From the NCBI GenBank assembly GCA_044892505.1, contig CM097882.1, forward strand, positions 530,968,001 to 531,032,000: a DNA stretch of 64,000 nt, given 5' to 3'. Both the position numbers and the translations under genes were made by a program. Shown here piece by piece: positions 51,301 through 62,416 of this stretch. The DNA is from Schmidtea nova (taxonomy: Eukaryota). The notes under the pieces are model-generated. The model made no database searches. It was not told where the DNA came from and worked only from the letters and a program-made list of their open reading frames with translations. Position 1 is the stretch's first letter, and each line of letters starts with the position of its first letter.

Positions 51301-54040
51301 TGTCTTTGAATACATCCATATTCCGTGAGCTTAGGAATTCTATGATGGGTCTTAGTTCTTTATCCTCTTGCTGATCCTTCTTTAACTCACTGAAATCCAA
51401 ATCCTCTGCTATCACTATGCATATTCTTTGCACTTCTGGGTCTGTTAGTTCCGGAAACGTTAATCTTGACATACAATCCGCGTTGGCATTCGCTTTCCCT
51501 GATTTGAATTTTATATCTGGTGAATATTCTTGTAATTGCATCGCCCATCTCATTAATCTGCTGGATGTTTCCTTATGTTGTCCTAGCCATACAAGTGGTT
51601 GATGGTCTGTGGTTATGCATATGACGTGTCCCCATAATAGATATTTAAAGTGTTTTATTGCTAATATTATTGCCAATGCTTCTCTTTCCGTTACTGAATA
51701 ATTCTTCTCGTGTTTCTTGAATGTTCTGCTATAATATCCGATTACTCGCTCTTTACCTTCGTCATCATATTGTCCTAACACTGCTCCTGCTGCATATCCA
51801 CTTGCGTCGGTTGCGAGTAAAAATGGCTTTTTGAAATCCGGGTGAACCAATATTGGTGCAGTTATTAGCTTATCTCTCAATGTTTCGAAGGCGGTTTGTT
51901 GTTCAATTCCCCATATGAACGATACGTCTTTCTTTACTAGCTCTTGGATTGGTTTTGCAATTCCTGCGTAATCTTTTATGAATTTTCTATAGTAACCGCA
52001 TAATCCGAGAAATTCTTGGATCTGCGTTATCGTCTTTGGTATTGGACATTCTTTTACTTTATCAATGTTTCTGGGATCCGGTTCCTTTCCTTTTGCGGAC
52101 ACAATATGTCCTAAAAATGTCACTTTCTCCTTTGCCCAATCGCATTTCGATGGTTTGAGCTTGAGTTTCCATTGTCTCAATCTCACAAATACATCTCTGA
52201 TATCTTGGATGTGTTGTTCAAATGTGCTCGAGTAGATTAGTAGGTCATCAATGTAAACCATGCATTGTTTTATGCCGTGGGTAACGAAATTCATACATCT
52301 TTGAAATGATGCTGGCGCATTGGTTAGTCCGAATGGCATTTTCCTAAATTGGTACAAGTCTCTTCCGATAGTGAAAGCAGTTTTCTCTTTGTCTTCTTCC
52401 TTCATTTTAATTTGCCAGTATCCGCTTTTCAAATCCAATGATGTAAAATATGCCGCTCCTTGTAATGTTAATAACATCTCGTTGATGTCTGGTAATGGGT
52501 ATGTATCCCGTTTTGTTACCGCATTTAATCTCCGATAATCAATACAAAATCGTTGTGTTCCGTCTTTCTTTTTCACCATTACAACTGGGAATTGCCACGG
52601 TGAGCAGCTTGGTTCAATTACTTCCGCATCTAGCATTTTCTGTACTTCCGCTTCTGCTACTGATTTTTGCGCTTCAGCTAACTTGTATGGTCTTAACGCA
52701 ATCGGCGTTTCGTCTGTTAGTGGAATCGTATGTAGTGTGACGTCGCATGTCCCTAGATCTAAATCGGATGCTGCGAATATGTCTTTATATTCTATCAGTA
52801 ATCTTTCTAGCTGTTTCTTTTGATCCTCATTCAATAGTTGGCTATCAATGTTCCAAGTGGGTTCTTCCTCTTTTACTCCTTCTTTTATTGGTATTTCGAT
52901 ATCTATCATTGGAGTTAGTTTACCCAATCTTTCATTTTCATAAATTATTTTATCCTCTTCATCGAAATTTACTACATTTATCGGGATTTCTCCGTTATCA
53001 TTCGCACTCACTAATCCCCTTGCCATTGGCAACGACTTTCTCTTTTCAAATCTTTTACTGGGTTCAAAGATCATGTCACCTTCTATTGTAGGATCTATTT
53101 TTACGAAACATATTTTCTCTCTCCGTGCTGGTACGATTATTTGTTTCGAACTTGTTACTTTTGCTTCTATTGCGCATATCTGTCCTGTCCTATCCTTTAA
53201 CCTCATTGTTCCGAGGTCAATAACTATTTCTTTAAATAATGCTGGCATTAAATCTGTGCCTATAATGCATGGTACGCTCAGTGCTGGTATTACTGCCACG
53301 TACGCTTCGATTTCTGTGTTTTGATGTTTTATCTTCACCCACCATCTTTCGGCAACTTCTACTACTTCTTTACTGCATGCTATTACGTGAACGTTGGTTC
53401 TCTCAATATCCCGTCTTTGTTCTTGTGGTATCCATTTTATATCTATTGCTGAGATATTTGCTCCTGTATCAATCATCGCTTCAATTTCCCTTCCGTTAAT
53501 TTCGATTGTTGTAGTTAATACTGGACCGGTGTTTGATGACATTACTGCAATTGTATGTGAGTCTCCTTGCGGATCTACGCTTCTGCACCGTCTCGTTCTA
53601 TAGTCTTCTGGTATCATAGGATATATGTTTGTCATCGGCATCATTTGCATTGTATTTTGTCTCATCCCGGGTGTTGGTTCTTGGTACATGGTTGGTGGGG
53701 GTGCGTAACACTTCCACATTTCCGCTGGATTCTTTTCGACGTACTGTGGTACTTGGTTTTTATATACTTGGCCTCCTTCGTTTTCATCATCATCGTCGTC
53801 ACTGGAATCGTCTTGGGTTCTGTACCCTTTCATTCTTTCCCATAGTCCTTTTCTCTCTTTCTTTAGTTGTTGTCTTGCTTGCTCGTTATTCATTATCTTT
53901 TTAAATTTTCGTCCCACCTCTTCATCGGTTCCTTTCATTTTTGCCAGTATTTTTAGGAGTCTCTTTATTCGGTGAATATCTTTTGAATGACCGTGTAATA
54001 CCATTGTTTTAGCCAAAAATGGTAAGAATCCTACCACCAA
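48248..54040 (-). CDS. pol: Pol: aspartic protease, RT, RNase H, integrase (HHCC, DDE, GPY/F) plus C-terminal ankyrin-like repeats
   Basis: AMIDTGANIS (~53465); RFCIDYRRLN, LDLKSGYWQ and VYIDD (~52250); LATDAS..TEREALA..TTDHQPL..NADCMSR; YHDGKLGGH..CLTC; MDVIGP, TDQGTNF, QTERFN; KGPYEV; then PALHNAI, TPLMVAA, TVLNHAI, LPIHRAL. Confidence 0.95.
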   Translation of the reverse strand: MVVGFLPFLAKTMVLHGHSKDIHRIKRLLKILAKMKGTDEEVGRKFKKIMNNEQARQQLKKERKGLWERMKGYRTQDDSSDDDDDENEGGQVYKNQVPQYVEKNPAEMWKCYAPPPTMYQEPTPGMRQNTMQMMPMTNIYPMIPEDYRTRRCRSVDPQGDSHTIAVMSSNTGPVLTTTIEINGREIEAMIDTGANISAIDIKWIPQEQRRDIERTNVHVIACSKEVVEVAERWWVKIKHQNTEIEAYVAVIPALSVPCIIGTDLMPALFKEIVIDLGTMRLKDRTGQICAIEAKVTSSKQIIVPARREKICFVKIDPTIEGDMIFEPSKRFEKRKSLPMARGLVSANDNGEIPINVVNFDEEDKIIYENERLGKLTPMIDIEIPIKEGVKEEEPTWNIDSQLLNEDQKKQLERLLIEYKDIFAASDLDLGTCDVTLHTIPLTDETPIALRPYKLAEAQKSVAEAEVQKMLDAEVIEPSCSPWQFPVVMVKKKDGTQRFCIDYRRLNAVTKRDTYPLPDINEMLLTLQGAAYFTSLDLKSGYWQIKMKEEDKEKTAFTIGRDLYQFRKMPFGLTNAPASFQRCMNFVTHGIKQCMVYIDDLLIYSSTFEQHIQDIRDVFVRLRQWKLKLKPSKCDWAKEKVTFLGHIVSAKGKEPDPRNIDKVKECPIPKTITQIQEFLGLCGYYRKFIKDYAGIAKPIQELVKKDVSFIWGIEQQTAFETLRDKLITAPILVHPDFKKPFLLATDASGYAAGAVLGQYDDEGKERVIGYYSRTFKKHEKNYSVTEREALAIILAIKHFKYLLWGHVICITTDHQPLVWLGQHKETSSRLMRWAMQLQEYSPDIKFKSGKANANADCMSRLTFPELTDPEVQRICIVIAEDLDFSELKKDQQEDKELRPIIEFLSSRNMDVFKDNAELKEHMRKYQHRYTIEKGWLLIRDGEKRLMCLPGNRRKEIITQYHDGKLGGHMSDKKTLDRMRQKYYWPTMDEDVKEWIKNCLTCATRKDSGKKWKNPLKPMPIPAEPMTTIAMDVIGPLPESLNGNQYILVITDYLTKFPEAFAMPDQKSKTVARILVEEICCRYGTPKQILTDQGTNFMSEILDEVTNYFRIAKLRTSPYHPQTNGQTERFNGTLIRMLSNYVSKHQTDWDEYIKLCLMAYRMSIHAATKLSPFQLMYGRECNMPIDLEYQPPLSQYMEEDDYVTKFKERMQEIWKTAELNIKFYQESYKDLHDQKKNVKTNYLKPGDWVMIETPEIIPGTVKKLQRPGKGPYEVIYKKENNVKVKLVNRPLIRPIYVNTCRCKKVPKTITTAPEERIITRSQTARMNMLRATNESTEAENNQQEKRNKEIVLKAREIMGKWHVRDDILRDIQLIISDYARGLPTKSVISELLEKIPEILSLQDIGGQPALHNAIKWGEVERVKEFLKIAKETNQHLGFGNSEQETPLMVAAIYKSDKAIIDLLINANFNWTERDRENKTVLNHAIWSSNQIMLKQIIEKTTWEIDELIKGDIIKEAIKIGNCKTIRKLIKWKRSENDTWVLNINEVYSEGQNALLQFLLKLVCDQKTLLMLLDRGNIIISENKEECKFESEKEALFRKIREWCAKSLTKTITYKDISNFQDKYKTVEEEYDKLIDILNHPEKCKQFLCRKERESERKFTPLFNAEVPYQERLDAIQDKAKELLPEFENSKHTLEILGAIVEKVHAYAEGTYNENDMMTIKREMPVTFLLTKNGVLPIHRALRARKERRIVEIARLMQDCGSDMNMKDKKGDTFMIFAARANTKTRVLQELYEAGPGLMGRTNKDSSILDVALLTHNWEVINFIKTITNQEEIEYLTRTVKKASVHSMMHNAELTEAILNWMNPNTNEPAFRINEFMEQGQNLYIKCALIINKWPKIIDIFMRRKDLRFTNNPKETERTDKWKELMKTYLKIG

Positions 54041-54043
54041 TTT

Positions 54044-56665
54044 TCAATTTACTTTCTTTTCTCTTTTATAGATGTCAAAACAGGCTAACATTTGCGTTAT
54101 TATTACCCGTATTATTTGTATAATTAGTATAACCCCAAGTATTCCTGCCATCATTTGTCCAAATATTAAAAATCTTCCCCACATCGCTTTCATCATGTTT
54201 TCCGTTGCCTTCTTAAAGTGGGCTGGTGACAATAATAATTCGTAATTTGGTCCACCTTGGTAATTTGTTCCTCCTGTTATTGTTACAATACTGGATAGCA
54301 CCGCTTCCCTTCTTGCTGGAAATAGTATGTTTTGTCTCGCTGCCTCTAAGTCTTTTGCGCTATAGAATCCCATATTACTTACATCTACGTCTTTAAATTT
54401 TCGTCCTTTTGATAGTTGCATCAATTCAAATTCCCTTGGTGCTGGTACCTCTGTTCTTGATGGAAACATAACCCAATTTCCGTCTGGTTTTTGGTATAGT
54501 GGTCCATATGCGTTGCTGCAATTGAAAGGATTTGGTTCGAAGCTTACTGGATTTATGATTCTTGTCACTGGTTGCACATATCTTACCTTCCCTTTGTATT
54601 CGATTTCTAGTTCGTTAGTACACTGACCTGGTTGTAGTTTTGTCATTGTCGCTACCTTCGCATTTGTCTTTTTACATATGTATACATACATCACCTCTCC
54701 GACTACCCTTCCAAAATGACCTTCTCTCAATGGTAATAATGGCATTACACTATCCGGGTTTGTGATTGCTACTGCTAGTTTTGTCTTTAATATTTCCCTA
54801 TTTAATATACAATCGTTATTTATTAAGTCGTAATACACTTTTTGTAGTGACGCTTGTCCTCTATGGAATAGAAAATCCATTTTATTATTCATGTAAAGGT
54901 GTAATTTAACATCGTTCGAGTGCACTTTGCGTTTCGCACTAGGTACTTCTTGTTTTGATACAAAAATGCCGGGGTAGTTGGTTTCCAACATGGCTACTCC
55001 GCATTTCAAGGCTGTTTTTCCTTTTACAAACCTCATTCCGATATCTGCATCTGAGGTAATTAGTACCGTTGGTGTATTTCTCATTTTAATTTGTTTTTCT
55101 TGTGTTCGGGTTTCAATCTTTTTCTCTCCCCGTACTGTGTCTTGAAGTATTTTTCCTCTTGCTGCCTCGTCTTCTTCTTCCTCTTGGAAGGTTTTCCCTT
55201 GTATCTCATCGAATTCTGCTTCCTTTAACAGTTGTAGTTGACATTCCTTTCCTCGTATCTGGTATGTTAAGGTTGACATACCGGTTTGGCAAGTGTTTGA
55301 CTCGATTTTGCACATGGGCAGGGTTTTCATTTCTCCCGTTGTTGGATCGAAGAATGCCTCGTACGTTTTTAATTCCACTGTATAAGTATCTATTACTACT
55401 AGGTTGGTTGCTGCTACTCCGAATATTGGATATGTTGCTCCTTAGCAATACCCTTCTCCTCCCGTAATAGCTCCTGCTACATAATATGTTTGTTGCAATA
55501 TCACTCCCGTTTTTCCTCTTATCTTTACTCTATCTCTAGTCTCTACTTCTCCATGTTTGAATAATTTTTCACAGTCTTCTCCTTGCAGCATTACCGATTC
55601 TCTTTCCGTTCCTGGCATCACGATTGCTGAATAATGGCGGTGCCCACAATAAAAAGCAAATCTGGTTTTATAAACTTTGCATTCTCTGACCATTGTTCTT
55701 ATCAGTTCAGCTTCCTGATATACGTGGTATAATTGTCTCTTTTTTAATGTTTTTAGCTCCGTTGGGGTTGCGTCTTTACATTGTTCTGTCCCTCGTAATG
55801 AGTATTTTTCACCTAATGCCATTTGATCGCAATCGAATACTTCAAATGCTGTTGCGCCGTCAGTACTAATCATCCATATTAACATCATCATAATAATGGA
55901 ACTCAAGTTTAGTGACGATTTCCCGTTTCCTGTTCCCGACTTTTCCTTTTCCAATTCTCCCAATATCTCTTCGAATTTCTTTTTCATATTTTTGGCTTGG
56001 TTTTTCTTTTGGTTCGTTTTTGTGAATGTTTCCCATCCTCCTTTACTGATGATGTACGGTTCTATTTCCTTCTCTATAATTTTGGCTGTATTCTTTATAT
56101 GTCTTTCAAGTGCTGTGGGTTTCAGTCGACCTCTACTCAGTGTCAACAGATTGTAAATTGTGTATGCCATAGCTATTAAATATTTGTTATCCGTCTCTGC
56201 TCCTTCCGTTAACTTCTTTATCAACATCGTGGTTCCTTGCCAATCTAGGTGGTTTGACCTTGTCTTTTCTTTTATTAGTTCTGGTAGGATTGGTGCGATG
56301 GCGCTATGTAGTGATTTCGCCCTTTCGCTTATGTCGTTTATTCTCCACCATTTTTTTAATTCTGGATCGATTATTGCTAGTATTTCCATTAACATCTTTG
56401 ATATCCATTCTTCGCCTTGGTATGTTTGTGTTGTTTCTTTTTCTTTCGTTTCGGCTATTTTATTTAGTTTCTTTAGACACAAATCCCATTGATCCCGTCT
56501 TTTTTCCTCTCTTGATTTTATAACTACATTTGCTGGATCCATCTTGGGTCTACCTCTAGGTCGTTTATCCATTGTCGTGCCCGTTTCTACTAATCTTGTT
56601 TCTCGTCCAGTTTCTTCTGTGACGTCTCTTGGTTCATTGGCTCTTTCTTCTAACAATCTTTCCAT
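54044..56665 (-). CDS. env: Envelope precursor: Bcl-2-like leader + signal + chuvirus-type (gB-like/class III) glycoprotein; one in-frame TAA at 55442
   Basis: ATA|FEVFDC......YSL...EQC start; ECKV.....YCGH..YS; C-terminal W..F..FGQ.MAG+LG++LII TM. ORFs 55442-56665 and 54044-55378 share one frame. Confidence 0.8.
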
Positions 56666-56722
56666 TTCTTGTGTGAATTGTACATTTTCTACATTTGCCC
56701 TCCTTGCTTCCTCTTCTGCTAT

Positions 56723-59700
56723 TTAATTTACTTCTTCTATGATTATTTCTTGTTCGACTTCATCTTCGGTGTTGGTTATCGGTATTGCTGTTGGTAATTC
56801 TTGAATTCTTTCGAAAATATTATCATCTTTCTCTTTTGTTAGCTCTATTAACTCCTCTAACATATCATCACTATCTGTAAAAATTTCGTCTACATCGTAT
56901 GGTTCTGGTGGTGTTCTTTCTCTTGTCTCTCTTGGTGTTGTTCTAGCTTGTTCTGAGCTTGTTCCTGGAGTCATTACCGATTTCATTGGGCTCGGCGTAC
57001 TCATAATTCCTTTTGGTTTCTTTTCCTCTTTCAATTTCAATGGTTGACCTGCTATTGCTGCCACTGTCAATGTATTTGCGATATCTAATTGCGCTGGCGT
57101 TATTCCAATTTCCAAGCTGTTATCTAATGATCGTCCTTGGTGTTGTAAATGGAATGGTGGTTCATATCTCAATTTCTTTTTAATGTCTCGAACTTTCTCC
57201 GCTATCCCTACCCAAAACTCTTCCTTTTCCTGGTTCGGATATACTATTCTTAGGTGTACTTTCTGTGGCGATTCCTGCGAGAATTCCTGGTTTCTCCATT
57301 TTTTAATTACGTGGTCCAATTGTTCTGGACACCACTCGTTAACTCTTTTGTATTCGGCGATTGCTTTTGCTACTTTACGCAAGCATGTTATGTCTTCTCC
57401 ATTAACTACGAAAAAATCTGCGAGACCTTTTACTAATTTTCTCTTGCCGTGCGCATTGGTTTTTAATATTTCGACAAATTCTTCCGTTTTTTGTTTTTCT
57501 CTTTCCAACCACATGGTTGTCGTTTCTGGTCCGTCTAAATCTGCTGGCATGGCTTTTCTTGTTACCATACAAACCCTTCCGGTTTCCGGTTTGTGATCGT
57601 CCTCTACGCCTATTTCATATTCTTCTTCGTATTCGCCTGCTTTTGGTTCCCAACATTTTCCTCGCTCGTTCCATTTCTTTTCTACAGGTGTTCGTAATCG
57701 TCTGTTGAGATTGAGTTCTTCTAATACATTTTCCCATTCTGGCCAAATCCGCCAATTTCGATAGATGTCTACTATTTGTTGTAATTTATGCACAACTTCT
57801 TTTTGTCGTTCCCGTTCTCTTTTCTCATCTTTAGCAGTTTCTCTTGGTGTATCGTCCATTCTGATAACGTGGATGGTTTGGTGGTTATCCCATATACCAA
57901 TTTTATATAGCCGTCTTTCATCGTGATCCCATAATACATGTTCGTTATATTTCATGATTATGTCATCTTCCCATTCTTCTTCTGGTTCTCTTTGTAATAG
58001 TGTCTCGTTGATGACATTTACTAATTCTTTTATGGTACAATCTGCTACCACTTCAATTTCTTTGGTATCCTCATTAGGTAATTCCACCGAAATTTTTAGA
58101 TCTGTTATTTTTCCTTGTCTAAACATTGCTTTTCCCATTTTTGCAATTACTTTTCCGTATGAGATCTGTGACCATCTCGTGTGACTTGTGTCACGTATGC
58201 ACTCGATACATCGTTTCAACTTTTCGTATTCGCTTCTCATTAACTCCTTTCTATGTTTTTTGATTTGTGGGATGATTTGTTCTATCATGGAATTTAGATT
58301 TCCTCGTAAGATTCGTCCTTTCTCATATTCTAACCGTGGTTTTATCTTCTTCTCGAAACACGTATTTGCTTCCTTTGCTACTTCTTGTAGGTTCTCTTCT
58401 CTCTTATCATCGCATATCGATAATGTTGTCACCTCTCCTGGCCATATGCCTGTTTCTATCAAATGCGTCCTTTTCTTCACTAGTCCATTCTGTGAATAGA
58501 GGAATTTGTTCTTATATGAACTCCCCAATCTGTCTTCTACCCATTGGTAAATATCTTCCGTTAGTGGAGTTTTGATCCAAATCCTTGGTAGACATGTTTT
58601 TATCTGTATTAGTATTATATATTCGTGGAGTGGTTCTTTTAATAATTTTCCTACGTATTGGCTTAGTGTTTCTACTTCCCGGCCTGGTAACCACTCTTTA
58701 TAGTTCATTTGTAATATCGCTCTCATGAATTTCCGATAGTGTTTCTTGTCAATGAATTCCTCATTGTATATTACTTCTAGCGCATTATCTAGTAATTTCT
58801 GGATCTCGTCCTCTTTTACTTGAATAGTTTCTGGTGTCTTTACTACTTCTATCTTTTTGTCTTCAATTTCTGGTTCGTTTAGCATGTCCCCTGCTAGACT
58901 ACTGACGTCACTATCCTCTTCGTCGTCTGAAAAATTCTTTGCCTGGCCTCTCAACATGTTAATGTGTTTTGTTTGGTTGGTTTCGCTTGGTGTATTTTCC
59001 GTTGGTCTTGTTTCACTTTTAATGGCTTCTTGTGTTGATTCACTCTTGCCGTCTACTACTTCGACCTTTCTCATTTTTCGTTCTAACTCGTCTATTTCTC
59101 CCAACCGTCTTCGTATCATTTTCCCTTTAATTATTCGACTGATTCGTGTTTCGTGACGCACTGGCGATGGAATTCCTTCTGGTTCTATTTCCTTGATTAC
59201 CATCACATTTCTTTTTGTCTCTACTACTCCCATGTTTTCCCATGTATCCGTTAGTTTCAATTTTACTTCTGGTGCACCTTCTATTTTTAGGAATGCTTCT
59301 CTGGGCAGTTTCGTTACTCCTGGAGCCATTTCATTCACTTTGTTGAACAATATTCCTACTTCTTCCTTTATGTTATATTGGAATCGAAACACGTGCTTGT
59401 TTGGCAAAATTACCATCATTCCTCTTTTCCCGAGTTTCCTTTTCTCTTCTTGGTTCCCTTCTTTTTCTACTTCCTTTTCTGTTTCTTTTTCTGCTTCTTC
59501 ATCTTCTTGTATTATCTCTTTTCGGCCTTCGTTGTTGGTTGGATTCGGGTTTGTTGGATTTATTTCTGGCACGGTCTCTTTCTCGTGGGTATTTGTTTGA
59601 TTGGTTGCTCTCATCATATTAATTCTTAGAGGTTGTCGTTCTCTTTCTTGCTGTTTTTGTTCCTCTTCTCTTTGTATTCTTGCCCATTCCTGAGCATGTC

Positions 59701-61471
59701 GTGCTTGACTTTCCCGATTCAATCGTTCGTTTTCGCTTTCTATTTTTCTCATCATGTTGATTTGTTGTTGACCTGTTTGCGGATTTCCTCTGTTTGTATT
59801 GTTTATCAGCTCCGTCAATCTTTGAACCTCTTGCATTAAATGTATTTCTTTAGGGGTGTTTTTATTTTGGTTATTATTATTATTATTTTGCTGGTTTCCG
59901 TATTCCGGTCGGTTTCCATTATTTGGCTGATTCCCATAATTCGGTTGGTTTCCACCAGTTGGTTGGTTTCCATAGTTTGGTCGGTTTCCAATATTCTGCC
60001 AGTTTCCTCGTTGATTGCTTCTTTGTCCGCACTTTCTTGATAGGTGTCCAGGTCGTCCACTGTTAAAACAGGTTATTGTGTAACATCTGCTCTCTGAATG
60101 TCCTTTTACTCCACATTTTCCACAATTCAAGTTCTGATAACATTCTTGTTGCCAATGTCCCAATTTCCCACATGTTTTGCATTGTTTCGTTGGTCCTTAG
60201 GGGTTGTAATTGTTTTGATTTCCGTAATTTGATACTTTATTCCCTTCATTCCTTCGCTGAGGTGGTGGTCGGTTTAATTGTTGTGAATTTGGAATGTGGT
60301 TATTCAGGTTCACTTCTTGTTCGTTTTGTGCTGTATCCATAGCTAAATAGATTCTACCGTCATTTCCTATCATGTGTAGTTCAAATCTATTAGCTGTTTC
60401 TAATGCTTGGTCAATAGTTTTACACCCTTGACATCCAACTTGCGCTCTTATGTCGGGTCTTCTCAATCCTCCCACAAAGATAGCTGCCATTAACTCCTCA
60501 TTTATTGGACTGTCTTGATTGAAGATCAACTTTGCTAACTTTTTCAATTCGCTTGCATATACCGCATTCGATTCATTTATCTTTTGTTTCCTCATTGAGA
60601 ATTCCGTGAATGCCTCATTCAATACTTTATTTATTCCGAAGGTTTGTTGGAAAAAGTCCTTTATCGCTGACCAACTTGTAGGTGGATTAATTCCGTTTTT
60701 TGCTTCCAAATATAGATCTAATGCGCTATCTTTTAAATATAGCTGAATTCTGCTTACAGTTGTTTCTGGTTTCCACTTGCATACTTCCACGAATATGCCA
60801 AATTCCTTTAAGAAAGTTTCCAATTTACTTGCATCTCCATTAAACGGTTCTCCGGAAAATTTGTCTTTTATCTCTTCTCTGGGTTCGCTCATTTCGATTC
60901 CGCTGTCTGTAGTTATTTTATTTTCGTTTCCTCTTGTTTCTAGTTCACTGTTATGTTCGTCACTCGAATTTCGGTCGATCTCAGTTTCTTTTGCTGATTC
61001 GTTATCTGATGCTTTACTATCGTTATCGGTATCGTCACTTTCTGTTTCTTGTTCTACTTCGTCTTCTATTTCTTCGATATAATCGTTGTTGGTTTTGTCG
61101 ACTTCTATTTCACTTATTGGGTTTCTCTCGGGTTCTGCTTGATTTTCTTTGTTGCTTGAGCTGTTGCTTGTTACTGATAATTTGTCGTTCTCGATAATCG
61201 ATTTCTGTATTATTATCTTCCTCGCTTTACTTCCTTTTAGGCCTTTCTGCTTATTATTCTTGGTAGCTTTATTCTTTTCTGCTGGATTTATTACCACACT
61301 ATTTGGGTCCTCTTTGTTGATTTTACTGTCGACTTTCTTCTCTGCTGGTTTTATTATGACACTCTTTTCTCCTTTTCTCAACGGGATTACTTTTGTATAC
61401 TCAATTTTCCTGTCTTATCGTATTCCGATTCTTTTCTTCCTTGGTTGCTTGGTTTGGTTTGATTGATTTAT
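56723..61471 (-). CDS. gag: Gag (capsid, three CCHC knuckles) with a ~1000-aa extension containing three putative ubiquitin-like domains; in-frame stops at 61415 and 60197
   Basis: PFNGDASKLETFL..F..LYLKDSA.. and KQKINES...Y..EL.KL...FVGGL capsid motifs; CKTCGKLGHWQQEC, CGKCGVKGHSESRC, CFNSGRPGHLSRKC. All in the same frame as env and pol. Confidence 0.88.
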
Positions 61472-61930
61472 CTAAAATACAAATGTCACTTCAACGATAC
61501 TCTATTGTTATCGTTGCGCTTTTATTCCCTTTTTACGGGACTTCTCATTACTGGGTTTCTATTATTTTTCCCCATTCCCAGATTCCCCTTTATTTAAGTC
61601 TATTTAAATTATCTATATACTAGTCACAATTATCTATTTAGTCATAACAATTATCTATCGATTATTAAAATACATTCATTATTTTTCCCGCGGTCTCCCA
61701 ATATATTTGTCGTTCGAACGCTCTAATTCCCTAAGTCATTTGACTCGATTATTATTTTATCATCTCTTTATCTCTCTCTCTACTAGCCTCTAATTATTAA
61801 TTCTGCCGGTCTTTCCGGTCAGCTCCTATTTCTCAATTCTACTTGCATGCATTATTTTAGGTCGCATAATCAGCTTTACTCGCATATCTCAATTATTGGT
61901 GCGCACTATTCTTATTATCGTCGACGATCA

Positions 61931-62245
61931 CAACTCTGGGCCTATATTCCCTCTGTTGTTATTTCTTATCACCTGCAACCCTGGGCCTATATTCCCTCCG
62001 TTGCTACTTAACAATGGTAACCCTGGGCTTATATTCCCTCCGTTACTACCTTTCTTTTTTTAAAATAATTGCAACCCTGGGCCTATATTCCCTCCGTTGC
62101 TACTTAACAATGGTAACCCTGGGCTTATATTCCCTCCGTTACTATCTTCCTTTAATTTTTAAAATAATTGCAACCCTGGGCCTATATTCCCTCCGTTGCT
62201 ACTCAACAACTGTAACCCTGGGCTTATATTCCCTCCGTTACTATA
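61931..62245. repeat. Seven-unit tandem array (AACCCTGGGC[C/T]TATATTCCCTCCGTT core) with an alternating A/B higher-order structure
   Basis: Units start at ~61931, 61975, 62017, 62071, 62113, 62170 and 62212. Confidence 0.9.
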
Positions 62246-62416
62246 TATCCGGATATCCCTATTGGCTCCTTTGGCCTCTAATTAATATCAATTATCTCAA
62301 ATGGCTCTTATGGCCTCAAATTCATATCTCAATTATCTCAAATGGCTCTATTGGCCTTAAATCATATCTCTCAATAACGCCTAGCTAGGTCATTCAATAT
62401 GGCTCTTTGGCCTCAA

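Noticed and set aside
48248-61471. Stop-codon reassignment or programmed readthrough to explain the in-frame TAA/TGA codons
   Set aside because: Other ORFs end normally in TAA, TAG or TGA. Two stops fall mid-domain (inside Gag and inside Env), and all are one transition from CAA/TGG, so post-insertion decay or sequencing error is simpler. A multi-copy consensus would settle it.
62014-62388. 124-aa repetitive ORF (VTLGLYSLRYY)n
   Set aside because: Translation of the DNA tandem array on the non-coding strand.
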